Source: Candidatus Melainabacteria bacterium
Lineage (GTDB): Bacteria > Cyanobacteriota > Vampirovibrionia > 2-02-FULL-35-15
Direction: 5' to 3'
NCBI GenBank assembly: GCA_023250155.1
Contig: JAHFBG010000009.1
Location: forward strand, 18,826-82,825
DNA: 64,000 bases
In this document: positions 1 through 11,100 of the stretch, one piece after another
How positions within the stretch are numbered: position 1 is the stretch's first letter
How the letters are laid out: every line of letters starts with the position of its first letter
Notes under the pieces: generated by a model
The model's database searches: none
What the model was told of the DNA's origin: nothing
What the model saw: only the letters and a program-made list of their open reading frames with translations
Position numbers and translations under genes: made by a program

Positions 1-635
1 AACTCATATTCATATGATCCCTCTCTGGCATATGTCATAGCTAAGATGTGTGCATTTTTTGATATTTCAGCAGCTTTTTCCATACAAGCTATTTCATACT
101 TATCCTTAATTAATCTCATTTTATGAATAATGTCTCGAGAATCTGAAATCGATTTTGGTGATTTGATTGTAGTTCTATTACTTGTTTTTAACTCATTAAA
201 TATGTTTATGACTTTTAAGTCGAGCTCCTTATCTACTCCAAATGTAAAATAAAGAAATTCAATGTCTTTTGTCAATTCTCTAAAAGTTGTTTCAAAGTTA
301 AGAACCGGAAAAGAAAGATCAGCTTTAAATATTGATTTTGCTCTTTCAAGACCAATTTTTTTTCCTGTCCAAATTTCTCTGTTTTTATCTTTCGGTTCAA
401 CCAATAAAATAAATTGAAATGATTTTTTTTCTTTTTTTAAAATACAAATTGAATTAGGTTCATCAAGTCCAGTTAGATAGTAGAAATCACTGTTTGGTTT
501 ATATTTGTATTCAACATCATTTGATCTGATCGATATAGGTTTGTTTGGTATTACGACCAATGAATAATCTGGTAAATAATTAATAAAAGCTTTTCTTCTT
601 GCTTCAAAATACTTTAGGTTTTCTTTTAGTATCAT
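1..635 (-). CDS. pepP: Xaa-Pro aminopeptidase (aminopeptidase P), 5' part; runs off the window start
   Basis: Not in the ORF track. Manual translation from ATG at 635 gives MILKENLKYFEARRKAFINYLPDYSLVVIPNKPISIRSNDVEYKYKPNSDFYYLTGLDEPNS, matching the AMP_N motif RSNDVEY..SDFYYLTG. Confidence 0.88.
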   Translation of the reverse strand, partial: MILKENLKYFEARRKAFINYLPDYSLVVIPNKPISIRSNDVEYKYKPNSDFYYLTGLDEPNSICILKKEKKSFQFILLVEPKDKNREIWTGKKIGLERAKSIFKADLSFPVLNFETTFRELTKDIEFLYFTFGVDKELDLKVINIFNELKTSNRTTIKSPKSISDSRDIIHKMRLIKDKYEIACMEKAAEISKNAHILAMTYAREGSYEYE

Positions 636-665
636 TCAATCAATTATGAAATATATTTTTTATTT

Positions 666-737
666 TAGCTGTTAGCTGTTAGCTTTTAGTCTTTGGGTAT
701 TCAGCTGATAGTTAATAGCCAATTGCCAATAGCTAAG
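666..737. repeat. Degenerate heptamer tandem repeats (TAGCTGT-type, then inverted AGCTAAT-type), STRR-like
   Basis: tagctgt tagctgt tagcttt tagtctt ... agctgat agttaat agccaat tgccaat agctaag in the divergent pepP/pilB intergenic region; similar units occur at 6323-6360. Confidence 0.6.
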
Positions 738-977
738 ATAGTACAAATATCTTACTGCAATTGTATTAACCCAATAGGGATATCCATAAGATATATTTAT
801 ATGGGTGTTTACTTAGCTTCAAAATAGGAATTTTAACCATATATTTTGTCTTTTTTTGATTAAAATGTTATTTTCAGTTTAAGAAACGTTGGTTATCTTA
901 TCGTCAACAATTATTTAGAGTTTATAAAATATTGAAATGAATTAGTTTAATAAAAATAAAAAGGGAATAATAATCAT

Positions 978-2672
978 ATGGTGACTGCAAATCCAGCAAA
1001 AATATCATTAGTACAGTTATTAAAAAGTGGCAAAGCAACATTAGATGATGCTTTAAATCTATTGATTGATAATACTGGCACATTAAATTTTGAATATCTA
1101 GATAAGAACTTGCTTTCAGCTATGCCATCGGCTTGGCCTGCAGAACAAGCTATACCGCTCCTTTTTTGGAATAACAGATTATTTGTTGGTGTACCTGCAG
1201 ACAATCCTGAGACTTCATTGAAAGGAAGTCTTTCAGATTTCTTAAATGGTTGTCAAATCGAACTTAGAAATGTTCATGCTGAGAGCTGGAATAAATGGTT
1301 TCAGTTAATTGGAAAAACTTCTGCAAATATTCCTGTTCAAAATGTTCAATCATATACTAAAGCTCCTCAAGTTAAACAAGAAGAACAAAAAGCTACAACA
1401 CAAGCTCAATCTACTCCACAGGCTTCAGCTCCACAAACTAAACTAGGAGCTGAATTAGAAGCTACAATTGAAAAAATTCCCCTTCGTCAAATCATGGCTA
1501 CTGATGAAGGTGCAATAGCTAATGATGTTAGAGCACTAATGGCAGAAGCACTAAGTCACAGAGCAAGTGATATTCACTTTGAACCTACGACAAAAGGCTT
1601 AATCGTAAGATTTAGAGTTGATGGTGTTTTAAAAGATATTTGTAGATATTTTTCTACTGTACAAGATTTACGAAAAGTTGTACTTGCTCGTATAAAAATC
1701 ATTGCAGACTTAAATATTGCTGAACAAAGGCAACCACAAGATGGACGTGTATCTGAAGTATTAGGTGGTCAAAGAGTAGATCTTCGTGTATCAACACTGC
1801 CTACATTACACGGTGAAAAATGTGTTATTAGAATACTTCCTCATGAAAACAATTACAGCAACTTATTAGATTTAGGAATGCCTAAAGGTAGATTAGCTAC
1901 TTATGAAGAATGGCTTGGTAGGAGCCAAGGAATGATCTTGATTACAGGCCCAACAGGTTCTGGTAAAACAAGCACTCTGTATACAAGCTTAGCCAAACTT
2001 GTAGACACTTCAAAAAATGTTGTAACTGTAGAAGATCCTGTTGAATATCAATTAGCCAGAGTAAATCAAGTTCAGGTTAATGTTAAAGCAGGACTTACTT
2101 TCTCTGCTGGATTAAGAAGTATTTTGCGTCAAGATCCTGACATTGTTATGATTGGTGAAATTAGAGATACAGAAACTGCTGAAATTGCAATACAAGCAGC
2201 GTTAACAGGTCACTTGGTATTAAGCACCCTTCATACAAACGATGCAGCAAGTACAATTGTAAGACTTATGGATATGGGAATTGCACCTTATTTAATAGCT
2301 AGTGCATTAATTGGCGTTGTAGCTCAACGATTGGTAAGAAAAGTGTGTCCTTGTCATCAAACATATAAACCTTCTACTGAGGAACTAGAGTTATTACATT
2401 TAACGTCTTCAACAGATGAGCTTTTTGCAAAAATAGCTGGTTGTGAAAAGTGTGGAAATTTAGGTTATTCTGGTCGGGAAGGTGTTTTTGAAATTATGCC
2501 TGTCAATGATAAGATTCAGCTAATGATACAAGAAAAGTCAAACTTAAATGAGATTAAAGCTGAATTAGTTAGACTAGGAGTGCCTTCCTTAGCACATGCT
2601 GGTATTCAAAAAGTAAGAAAACGTAAAACCACACTTGAGGAATTATTAAGAGTAATTCCTATTTCAAAATAA
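978..2672 (+). CDS. pilB: Type IV pilus / type II secretion assembly ATPase (PilB/GspE family)
   Basis: ASDIHFEP, RFRVDGVL, Walker A GPTGSGKT, TVEDPVEY, LRQDPDIVMIGEIRD, TGHLVLSTLHTN and a tetracysteine motif. Confidence 0.9.
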   Translation: MVTANPAKISLVQLLKSGKATLDDALNLLIDNTGTLNFEYLDKNLLSAMPSAWPAEQAIPLLFWNNRLFVGVPADNPETSLKGSLSDFLNGCQIELRNVHAESWNKWFQLIGKTSANIPVQNVQSYTKAPQVKQEEQKATTQAQSTPQASAPQTKLGAELEATIEKIPLRQIMATDEGAIANDVRALMAEALSHRASDIHFEPTTKGLIVRFRVDGVLKDICRYFSTVQDLRKVVLARIKIIADLNIAEQRQPQDGRVSEVLGGQRVDLRVSTLPTLHGEKCVIRILPHENNYSNLLDLGMPKGRLATYEEWLGRSQGMILITGPTGSGKTSTLYTSLAKLVDTSKNVVTVEDPVEYQLARVNQVQVNVKAGLTFSAGLRSILRQDPDIVMIGEIRDTETAEIAIQAALTGHLVLSTLHTNDAASTIVRLMDMGIAPYLIASALIGVVAQRLVRKVCPCHQTYKPSTEELELLHLTSSTDELFAKIAGCEKCGNLGYSGREGVFEIMPVNDKIQLMIQEKSNLNEIKAELVRLGVPSLAHAGIQKVRKRKTTLEELLRVIPISK

Positions 2673-2763
2673 ACAGCTGTTTTAAGTAATAAATATAATT
2701 TATTTTATGCAGATAGTTTTCTTACTGCTTGTTATCATGAATGGATCAATATAAGTTACTTTT

Positions 2764-4842
2764 ATGATGGATATGGATGTATTTGAACAAAAAGAAGAGG
2801 TTTTAGCTAAGTTAAATACTTATCTAGATAAAAACCCTCTTTCAATTTCATATTCTAGCTTTAGTGGTGTTCCAAGAGTAGATTTTAAAAAGCTAAAACT
2901 CTCAAAACTGCAAAATTTGGATGGTCACTTAAAAACAAAAAATATAACAAGATTTTTCTTAGATGAGGCTTTTTTACAATTTGGTTTACCAGCTACTTCT
3001 AAAGAAACTACAGAAAAAAAGGTTGAAGAACAAAGAACTAATCCTCTTAGAAAAAAATTTGAAAAAGAAGAAAATATTCCAATCATTAGTGACATTGCAG
3101 AAGAACCGGCAATAATCATAGAACCTGAAGTTATTGAAGTTGAAAAAGAAATTATAAATCAACCAACGATAGATACTACTGAAGAAGACAAACCAAAGCC
3201 AAGTGTTACCTTTAACTTAGAAGCTCAAATTGCTCAAGATGAAGAGTCTGTAATATTTTCACCAAGCATTGTATCCTTACCACCATTAAAAGAGGATGTG
3301 ATTAGTACATCAGGAGAACAATCTTCTTTTGTTTGGCCACCTCCTGAAGAAATATCAAACAAAGAAAATCTCTCAAGTTCTAAAAAAAGAAAAGAAAAGA
3401 AAAAATCTAAAAAACCATATTATATAAATCTTGAACAAAAGGAAGAAAAATCAAAAGAAAAGCTAGAAGAAAAGTCAGAAGTAAAGCCAGAAGAAAAACC
3501 GGAAGAAAAAATAGAAGAGAAAAAGGCTAGTCCTAAAACTGACCTTACACCCAAATTCCCTTGGTTAGCATCAGAGCAAAATTACTTAGGGCTTGATGAT
3601 ATTGTACATGATAGTCTTGAAACCGAACTCCTAGGTGAACCAACTGATAATGATGAAATTAAAAATATTTTTGATGTTAGTAAAAAAGAAAAACAAGAAG
3701 AAGAATTAATATTTCAAACTAAAGAAGATACAAGTAGTAAATATGAACAAGAAATTACAGATTTTAGTCAACCAAGTTTATTAAAAGCTCTATCCCCAGA
3801 AATCCCAGATGACTTATACAAGATAAATATTTTTAATGAGCTTGGTAAACAAGAAATCTCAAAAGTATCTTTTACCGGCTCATTTGAATTACCTAGTAGT
3901 ACAGAATCTGGTAAAATTTCTAATGATACAAGAAAGGCAAAAACAATGTTTGGTAAATCTCAGGGTAGTGGTAATAAACTTTCACCTATTGGAATAATGC
4001 TCTTAGGAGGATTAACAGCAACTCTTAGTTATCTGGCTTGGATTTATGTTTTTCCTGAAGTTGTATCAAGATTAGAAGAGAAAACAAACAACAAGATTGT
4101 AGTACGTAATCTATTCAAACAATCTAATGCCTATAAACGAAGAAATATTCTTGCTACACCTAAACCACAAGCCCAACCACAGAAAAAAGACAATAAACCT
4201 ATACAAGAAGAAGAAAAGAAAAAAGATAGTGAAGATTTGGGATTAAACTTAATTACTGATAAAGATAGAGAAGAGTTGATTCAAAAAGCCAAGGAATCAA
4301 GAGAAGAAAGAATTGATCCATTTGGTGAAGATCAAGTTTTACCACCTATCACGGAGGAAACTAAAGAAGTTAAAGAAGAAGATAAGCCCCCTCCAGACAT
4401 TAGTCTATTAAGAAAACAGGTTGAGTTAGTAGGTATTTTAAGTACCATCGATAAGAATCTTGCTTTAGTAAATATTTATAGTGCTGACTATGCAGTAGCT
4501 CCAGGTGACGATAAAGAGGCAAGAGATTCAAAATTAAAAACTGCTTTAAGCATGACTGTTCCAAACAGAATTGAAGTTTCACTACTTGATCCTATTGAGG
4601 ATTGGTATGTAAAACAAATCATCAAGAGTAAATCTAGGAGTGATGATCCTACTATTGAGCTTGTTAAAGGAGATAAAAAGTTTAAGTTAAAGGTTGGACA
4701 AAAGCTTCTACTACCTGAAGAAAGACCTTTTGATGAAGTATTAAACGAGCATTTAGAAAAATATGGACCCGTAGATAAAAAGAAAAGCAAAACAGCTAAA
4801 TCTGAAGATGAAGCTGTTTCAAAAGATGAAAATAAAATTTAG
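2764..4842 (+). CDS. Single-pass membrane protein with a long acidic/Lys-rich N-terminus and a PilP-like C-terminal domain
   Basis: One TM segment (IGIMLLGGLTATLSYLAWIYVF). C-terminal RIDPF...VELVGIL...ALV resembles the PilP/GspC pattern; the gene follows pilB. Confidence 0.5.
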   Translation: MMDMDVFEQKEEVLAKLNTYLDKNPLSISYSSFSGVPRVDFKKLKLSKLQNLDGHLKTKNITRFFLDEAFLQFGLPATSKETTEKKVEEQRTNPLRKKFEKEENIPIISDIAEEPAIIIEPEVIEVEKEIINQPTIDTTEEDKPKPSVTFNLEAQIAQDEESVIFSPSIVSLPPLKEDVISTSGEQSSFVWPPPEEISNKENLSSSKKRKEKKKSKKPYYINLEQKEEKSKEKLEEKSEVKPEEKPEEKIEEKKASPKTDLTPKFPWLASEQNYLGLDDIVHDSLETELLGEPTDNDEIKNIFDVSKKEKQEEELIFQTKEDTSSKYEQEITDFSQPSLLKALSPEIPDDLYKINIFNELGKQEISKVSFTGSFELPSSTESGKISNDTRKAKTMFGKSQGSGNKLSPIGIMLLGGLTATLSYLAWIYVFPEVVSRLEEKTNNKIVVRNLFKQSNAYKRRNILATPKPQAQPQKKDNKPIQEEEKKKDSEDLGLNLITDKDREELIQKAKESREERIDPFGEDQVLPPITEETKEVKEEDKPPPDISLLRKQVELVGILSTIDKNLALVNIYSADYAVAPGDDKEARDSKLKTALSMTVPNRIEVSLLDPIEDWYVKQIIKSKSRSDDPTIELVKGDKKFKLKVGQKLLLPEERPFDEVLNEHLEKYGPVDKKKSKTAKSEDEAVSKDENKI

Positions 4843-4844
4843 GC

Positions 4845-5666
4845 ATGATTGATGATTTACTATTAATAGCTTTAAATGAAGATTTGCTTCCTGGTGGAGA
4901 TGTTACAACTGATTGTTTAATTGATAATAATCACAAATCTGACTTTGAACTTGTAGTAAATGAAAATGCGATTTTAGCCGGTGGCTCATTGTTTGAAGAA
5001 ATTTTTTATACTCTTGATAAGAATATAAAGATCGTAAACAACTATGCAGATGGAAATAAACTTTCACGCAGTACTGTTGTTGCTAAACTCTCAGGCAGTA
5101 CTAGAGCAATTTTAAAAGGAGAACGTTCTGCATTAAATCTGATTAGTCATTTATCAGGAATAGCTTCCATAACAAGAGAATTGGTTGAACTTATAAAGCA
5201 TACAAATGTTATTTTACTTGATACAAGAAAAACAACACCAGGATTAAGAAGTTTTGAAAAAGCAGCTATTCTTGCTGGTGGTGGAAAAAATCATAGGTTT
5301 AATCTTAGTGAAATGGTTTTAATAAAAGATAACCACATAAAAAATGTAGGTGGTGTTAAAAAAACTATCTTAAAAGTAAGAGAGTGCTATAAAGACAAAT
5401 ATAAAATCGAAGTTGAAGTTAATGATATTCATGAATTAGAAGAAGCCCTTGAATGCAATCCTGATGTTATTATGCTAGATAACTGGGAAATTCCAGATAT
5501 AAAAAAAGCTTTAAAGCTTATACCTAAAAACATTCCTATTGAAGTTAGTGGACAAATAAACAAAAAAAATATTTTAGAGTATGCAGAGCTGGGTGTTAAT
5601 TATATTTCTACAAGCTATATGATTAAGAATACAAAATGGGTGGACTTTTCATTGAATGCTGTTTAA
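4845..5666 (+). CDS. nadC: Nicotinate-nucleotide pyrophosphorylase (quinolinate phosphoribosyltransferase)
   Basis: GDVTT, ERSALN, DTRKTTPGLR, NHRFNLS, LIKDNH, EVEV and IMLDN motifs. Confidence 0.95.
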   Translation: MIDDLLLIALNEDLLPGGDVTTDCLIDNNHKSDFELVVNENAILAGGSLFEEIFYTLDKNIKIVNNYADGNKLSRSTVVAKLSGSTRAILKGERSALNLISHLSGIASITRELVELIKHTNVILLDTRKTTPGLRSFEKAAILAGGGKNHRFNLSEMVLIKDNHIKNVGGVKKTILKVRECYKDKYKIEVEVNDIHELEEALECNPDVIMLDNWEIPDIKKALKLIPKNIPIEVSGQINKKNILEYAELGVNYISTSYMIKNTKWVDFSLNAV

Positions 5667-5671
5667 GAATG

Positions 5672-6250
5672 CTATTTCTCGGTTAGAACATCTTGAAAGA
5701 GCTTTTTTAAAGCCTCACTATCAATTTTATGTTGCTTCATGTCTTCATCAAATTTATGTTGCAAAGCCTCATTAGCTTCATAACGTTCATATTGCCTAAT
5801 AATTTCTAGAGCTCTGTCTAAGTTTTCATGGTCGTTTTGAGCTTTTCTTTGATACCCTTCTTTTAAAACCCTCCACTCTTTTGCCTCTTTCCTATCTAAA
5901 GCAATGGCTGCAGCCATGAATCCACCAAATACAGTTAACCCCACTGGTATTGCAGCTTTTGAAAGCTCACTAACAAACATCTCCTTTTCTGTTATTAAGT
6001 CAATTGTAGTTGGTATTAAAGCAACAGACAGCATACCAAAGCTTACTCGAAGAAGAATGTCTGTATACAAACTTATCTTTCTAGGAGTCTTATATGGTGC
6101 TTCCTCATTCACTTCCTCTTGTAGCTGTTCAAAGCTTTTTGAAATATTTAAAGGAAGAGCTTCGTCCAGATCTTCTGGTATGCGTATTTTTTGTGAATTT
6201 TTAGAGTAGAGTGGTATGCCTGGTTTTATTGAGTGAACTTTTATACTCAT
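5672..6250 (-). CDS. Hypothetical membrane protein (2 TM segments plus coiled C-terminus)
   Basis: 192-aa ORF with GAGGAG RBS and two hydrophobic segments. Confidence 0.7.
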   Translation of the reverse strand: MSIKVHSIKPGIPLYSKNSQKIRIPEDLDEALPLNISKSFEQLQEEVNEEAPYKTPRKISLYTDILLRVSFGMLSVALIPTTIDLITEKEMFVSELSKAAIPVGLTVFGGFMAAAIALDRKEAKEWRVLKEGYQRKAQNDHENLDRALEIIRQYERYEANEALQHKFDEDMKQHKIDSEALKKLFQDVLTEK

Positions 6251-6267
6251 TTTATTTACTCCTCATA

Positions 6268-6418
6268 TTTTAATGACGGTAATTCTAGCAAAATCCAAGT
6301 TTAAGAAGGTTAAATCGAATATTAGCTAAAAACCAAGAGCTAATAGCTAATAACTAATTAATATGTCTTTCTTTTTATATAACACAAAACTTAAAACGTT
6401 TTAGTACCGTCATTAAAA
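6268..6418. promoter_or_regulatory. Perfect 14-bp inverted repeat placing TACCGTCATTAAAA just upstream of both divergent genes
   Basis: TTTTAATGACGGTA at 6268-6281 and TACCGTCATTAAAA at 6405-6418. Confidence 0.55.
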
Positions 6419-6426
6419 GAGTATTT

Positions 6427-8085
6427 ATGTCTAAGAAATTAAAACAATTAGTTTTTTGTTTTACAGTTTTTATTGTTTGTTGTAATTTTTGTTGTGGTAA
6501 TGATGATATAAATCTTTCAATTTCTCAAAATCCACCAGAGTCAAATATAATCAATGAAAATATTGATACTACTAACAGCATGTTAGAGGATGAACTTTTT
6601 AGTGCAATGGATTTTGAGAACAGTTTAGATACCACTATTAAATTAGAAGCAAGAATAGATGTTCCACTAGAACTTAGTTTAGAAAAAGCCTTAAATACAG
6701 CTATTACACAAAACTTGGATTTGATTTTTGCAAAATCACAAACTACTGTTGAAAAATGGAAACTTTGGGACAATGTCTCAAACTGGCTACCAGACTACAA
6801 AGCAGGCTTCATAGGACAAAGGCTGGATGGAAACTTCTTAGTAGGTGGAGTTTTTCCAATTATGACATTAACTAGTAGTTTTAATGCTTTTATGAGATTT
6901 GATTATAGATTTTTTGAAGGGGGTAGTGGTGTTTTTAATACATTAGCCCAAAAGAAAATCTACAATGCATCAAAACAAGATCTTGCAAGTACTTTAAACA
7001 ATCTTTTGCTAGATGTTAGTCACTCTTATAATCAACTTTTAAGAGAACAAGCTCAATTAAATGTTTATGCAAAATCTATTGAAGAAGCAAATGCGCAAGT
7101 TAAATTAAACGAAAACTTAGAAAAACAAGGAGTTGGTACAAAATTTGATGTTCTTCAATCTGAAGCTCAACTTGCTGAACAAGAACAAGAATACATTGTT
7201 CAACAAACAAGACTTAGAGAAGCATCAATTGAATTAGCTAAATTGTTGAATATAGATCAAGGAGTTATTATAAAACCAGACAACTCTGATCTTAAAATTA
7301 AAGATATAAGTAATTTAAATAAACCTATATTAGATTTAATATCCTTAGCTAAAGAAAACCGTCCTGAGGCAAAATCATTAAAGCTTCGATATTTGGCTCA
7401 GAGGAATCATATAGGTACAGCTTTTTCTAGTTATTTACCAAGAGCAAATTTCTTTGGTCAATATGGCGGTACTGGAAATGCAATTTTTCATAGGTCTAAA
7501 GTTAAGGGTTTTATACCTGATGCAATTGCTTTAGATGATACTGGAAATCCTGTCATTTCAATGGTTAGTAAAAACCAGGTTAGCTTAAATGATACATCAA
7601 ATGTTTCAAATATCATTAGAGGTGGTGGTTCACCAAGCATTATAAAATTAGATGATTCATTAATGGCTAGTAAATCACTGGGTGTCCAGTTAGATTGGGA
7701 TATTGGTGATGGACTTGGTTTAACAACACTTTCTAAAATTAATCAGGCAAGAAACATAACCAAAGCAGCTAAAACTAGCTTTGATATTTTAAATCAAAAA
7801 GTAGAACAAGAAGTCAGAATTACATTTTTAAAACTTCAAGCTGCTCAAAAGCTACTATCTGTTTCTGAAAAAAGAATAAGTGCTGCTACTGAAGCTCTTC
7901 GCTTAGCAAAATTAAGATTAGAAAATGGTGTGGGAATAAACACTGAGTTATTAAATGCTCAAAAACAATATATAAGTGCTTTAGCCTCTAAAGTAGATGC
8001 AATAATTGCCTACAATAATTCCCGTGCTGAGTTTTTACATGGTTTAGGTTTAATCAATATAAAAGAACTGGTGAGGGATTTTTAA
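6427..8085 (+). CDS. TolC-family outer membrane efflux protein
   Basis: Signal peptide, LSLEKAL...QNLDL, and two OEP repeats (GVGTKFDVLQSE; RLENGVGINTELLNAQ). Confidence 0.88.
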   Translation: MSKKLKQLVFCFTVFIVCCNFCCGNDDINLSISQNPPESNIINENIDTTNSMLEDELFSAMDFENSLDTTIKLEARIDVPLELSLEKALNTAITQNLDLIFAKSQTTVEKWKLWDNVSNWLPDYKAGFIGQRLDGNFLVGGVFPIMTLTSSFNAFMRFDYRFFEGGSGVFNTLAQKKIYNASKQDLASTLNNLLLDVSHSYNQLLREQAQLNVYAKSIEEANAQVKLNENLEKQGVGTKFDVLQSEAQLAEQEQEYIVQQTRLREASIELAKLLNIDQGVIIKPDNSDLKIKDISNLNKPILDLISLAKENRPEAKSLKLRYLAQRNHIGTAFSSYLPRANFFGQYGGTGNAIFHRSKVKGFIPDAIALDDTGNPVISMVSKNQVSLNDTSNVSNIIRGGGSPSIIKLDDSLMASKSLGVQLDWDIGDGLGLTTLSKINQARNITKAAKTSFDILNQKVEQEVRITFLKLQAAQKLLSVSEKRISAATEALRLAKLRLENGVGINTELLNAQKQYISALASKVDAIIAYNNSRAEFLHGLGLINIKELVRDF

Positions 8086-8164
8086 CTTGCTTTCTTTTGT
8101 CTTCTACTTTCATATTTGTGGGTTACACTTTTGTATAAAATAACTTAGCCTAGGTTACAACCTG

Positions 8165-11100
8165 TTATGTAGATTGTGGTCGCGACCACAATCTACTAAT
8201 AAGCACATAAACTACTGGAATAACTACTAACGTAAAAATAGTAGAAAAAACAAGACCACCTACTATTGCTAAACCCATTGGATGACGACTTTCAGCACCT
8301 GCACCACTTGCAAAGACAAGAGGTAATGCTCCCAGTATCATAGTAGTACTTGTCATAAGAATGGGTCTAAAACGGGTCTTGCATGCATCAGTAACTGCAT
8401 CTAACAATGTTAACCCTTTTGCTTTGGCTTGGTTTGTATATTCAACAATTAATATTGCATTTTTAGTTACAAGCCCTACTAAAAGTATTATGCCAATTGC
8501 ACTATAAAGATTTAAAGTATTTCCTGATATTAAAAGTGTAGCTAGTGAACCAAAGACAGCAAGCGGAACACTAATAAGAATGGTTAGTGGATAGATAAAA
8601 CTCTCAAACAAAGCAGCAAGAACAAAATAAATAAACAATATTGCAATTGCAAAGGTAAAATATATTTCAGTTGATGTTTCAGAGAACTCTCTAGATGCAC
8701 CAGCAAGCGCTGTAGTATAACCTGGCAACAACTCTTCTTTAGCAATTTTATTTATTTCATCTAAAGCTTTGCCAAGCGGAAAATGAGGTGCAAGACTTGC
8801 ACTGATCGTTACAGAGCGCTGAAGATTATAGTGATTTACTTGTGCTGGTGCTGTTTTTGTCACTACTTTTATAAAACTACTTAGTGGTATCATGCTCCCA
8901 TTTCTACCATGTATATAAATGTGGCTTATTTGTTCTGGAATACTTCTATACTTTGGTAAAAGAGCAGTGATTACATCATACTGTTTATTGTGAAGAACAA
9001 AATCATTTACTCTTCCTTCTGAAAACAAGGTCTGCAGACTGTTTAAAATATCTGATATGGGGACACCAAGATCACTTGCACGATCTCTGTCAAATACAAT
9101 ATCAATTTGAGGAGTACTAATTAATAAATCACTATCTACATTTATCAGTCCTGGTATTTGACGGACTTTTTCAAGAATTGAATTGCTTATTTTTGCAAGT
9201 TCTTCTAAATCATTTGAAGAACCTTTAATAATAAATTGCACATCTTTACTGATAGCACTTTGTCCAAGTGAAGGCGGATTAAGAACAAATACCAATGAAC
9301 CCGGCAATCCTATAAGTTTTGGAAAAAGTTTTTGAACTATACTTTGCTGTTTTACTTTTCTTTCATACCAATGTTTTAGCCTTGAAAAAACAAGACCGTT
9401 ACTCGTATTTGGAGGTCCACCTACAGCAAGTCCTATTGCAGAAAAATATCCTTCAACCTCAGGTATCTTAGATATTTCTTTTTCTACTTTTTGCTGAGTG
9501 TGATTTGTATAAGCAAGCGTTGAACCTTGTGGAGATTTTATAATAGTGACAAATAAACCTCTGTCTTCAACAGGTATAGAAGTCTTTGGAATAATGATAA
9601 ATAATCCAACTATTCCAATCAATACAACAAACAAAAAAGACACTATAACAGATGAGTGAGAAAGTACCCATTTTAAGCTTTTTTCATATGCATTATTTAA
9701 CATGCTAAAAAAAGTCTCAAGAGAAGAATAGATAACTCCATGCTTAGATGTATATTGAAGATACTTTGAACAAAGAACAGGAGTTAAAGTCAATGCAACA
9801 AAACCAGATATGGCTACACTAATAGCTATGCTAACAGCAAACTCTTTAAAGAGCCGTCCTGTATATCCTACAAAAAGTGATAAAGGAATAAAAATAGCAA
9901 TAAGTGAAATAGTAGTAGCAACTACAGGAAAAACAATTTCTCTTGAGCCTATAAGAGCAGCATCTAGCTTGTTTTCTCCATGTTCTTGATGTCTAAAAAT
10001 ATTTTCCAAGACAACAATTGCATCATCTACAACAAGCCCTATAGCAAGGACCAATGCAAGAAGAGTAAGAACATTGATGGAATATCCTAAGATTTGTAAT
10101 CCTGCAAAATGACCTATTATAGAAGGTGGTATTGCTAAAGCGATGATTATTGTTGGAGAAATAGCTCTTAAAAAAATAAAAGTTACCATTATCACTAATA
10201 AAACAGCTATTAACATTGTATTTGTTACTTCTTTAAGTGATTCTTTTACAAACTTTGAATTGTCAACAGCTACCTGAAATGAAATGTCCTTGGGAAGAGC
10301 CTCTCTGATTTTTGGTAACATTTCTCTTACTTCATCAGCTACTTTTAATTCATTGGCTTTTGACTGTTTTATAACCCCTACTCCAACTGCAGGTTTTCCT
10401 CTATATCTTATGATCGTGTCATAGTTTGCTGAACCAAGCTCTACTCCACCAATATCTTTAATTCTAATTAAAGTCCCATTCTGATTGCGAATAACAAGAT
10501 TTGAAAATACGTTGGGGTCTGCAATTTGTGCATTTGCATAAATGTTAAACTTTCTTGTTTCTCCTTCTATTTTTCCTGCTGGCAATAATAAATTGCTCAT
10601 TAAAACTGTGTTTCTTACATCACTTGCATCTACTCCATGTGCTGCCATCTTTTCAGGATCTAACCAAATTCTCATTGCATATTTTCTTTGTCCACCTATG
10701 ATTACTGAACCAACACCAGGTAGTACTTGTAGTGGAGTTTTTACAATACGATCAGCAATATCACTTAACTTTTCAGGCTTATATGTATCTCCCTGAAGCA
10801 CAATCCACATAAGCGCTTGAGAGTTTGCAGGAGTTTTTGCAATTATAGGTTTATCTGCAGATTGAGGAATCTTTCCAAGTGCACTTTGAACTACATTGTT
10901 TACATCAGTAGCTGCTAGGTCTATATCTCTTGAAGGGACAAATTCTATATTTATAGTACTAATGCCTGTTGAACTAATAGACGAAATAGATTTAATTCCA
11001 TCTATTCCATTTAGAACTTCTTCTAAAGGTTGTGTAACTGTACTTTCTATTGTCTCAGAACTTGCTCCAGTATAGTTCGTAGTTATTGATACTATTGGAG

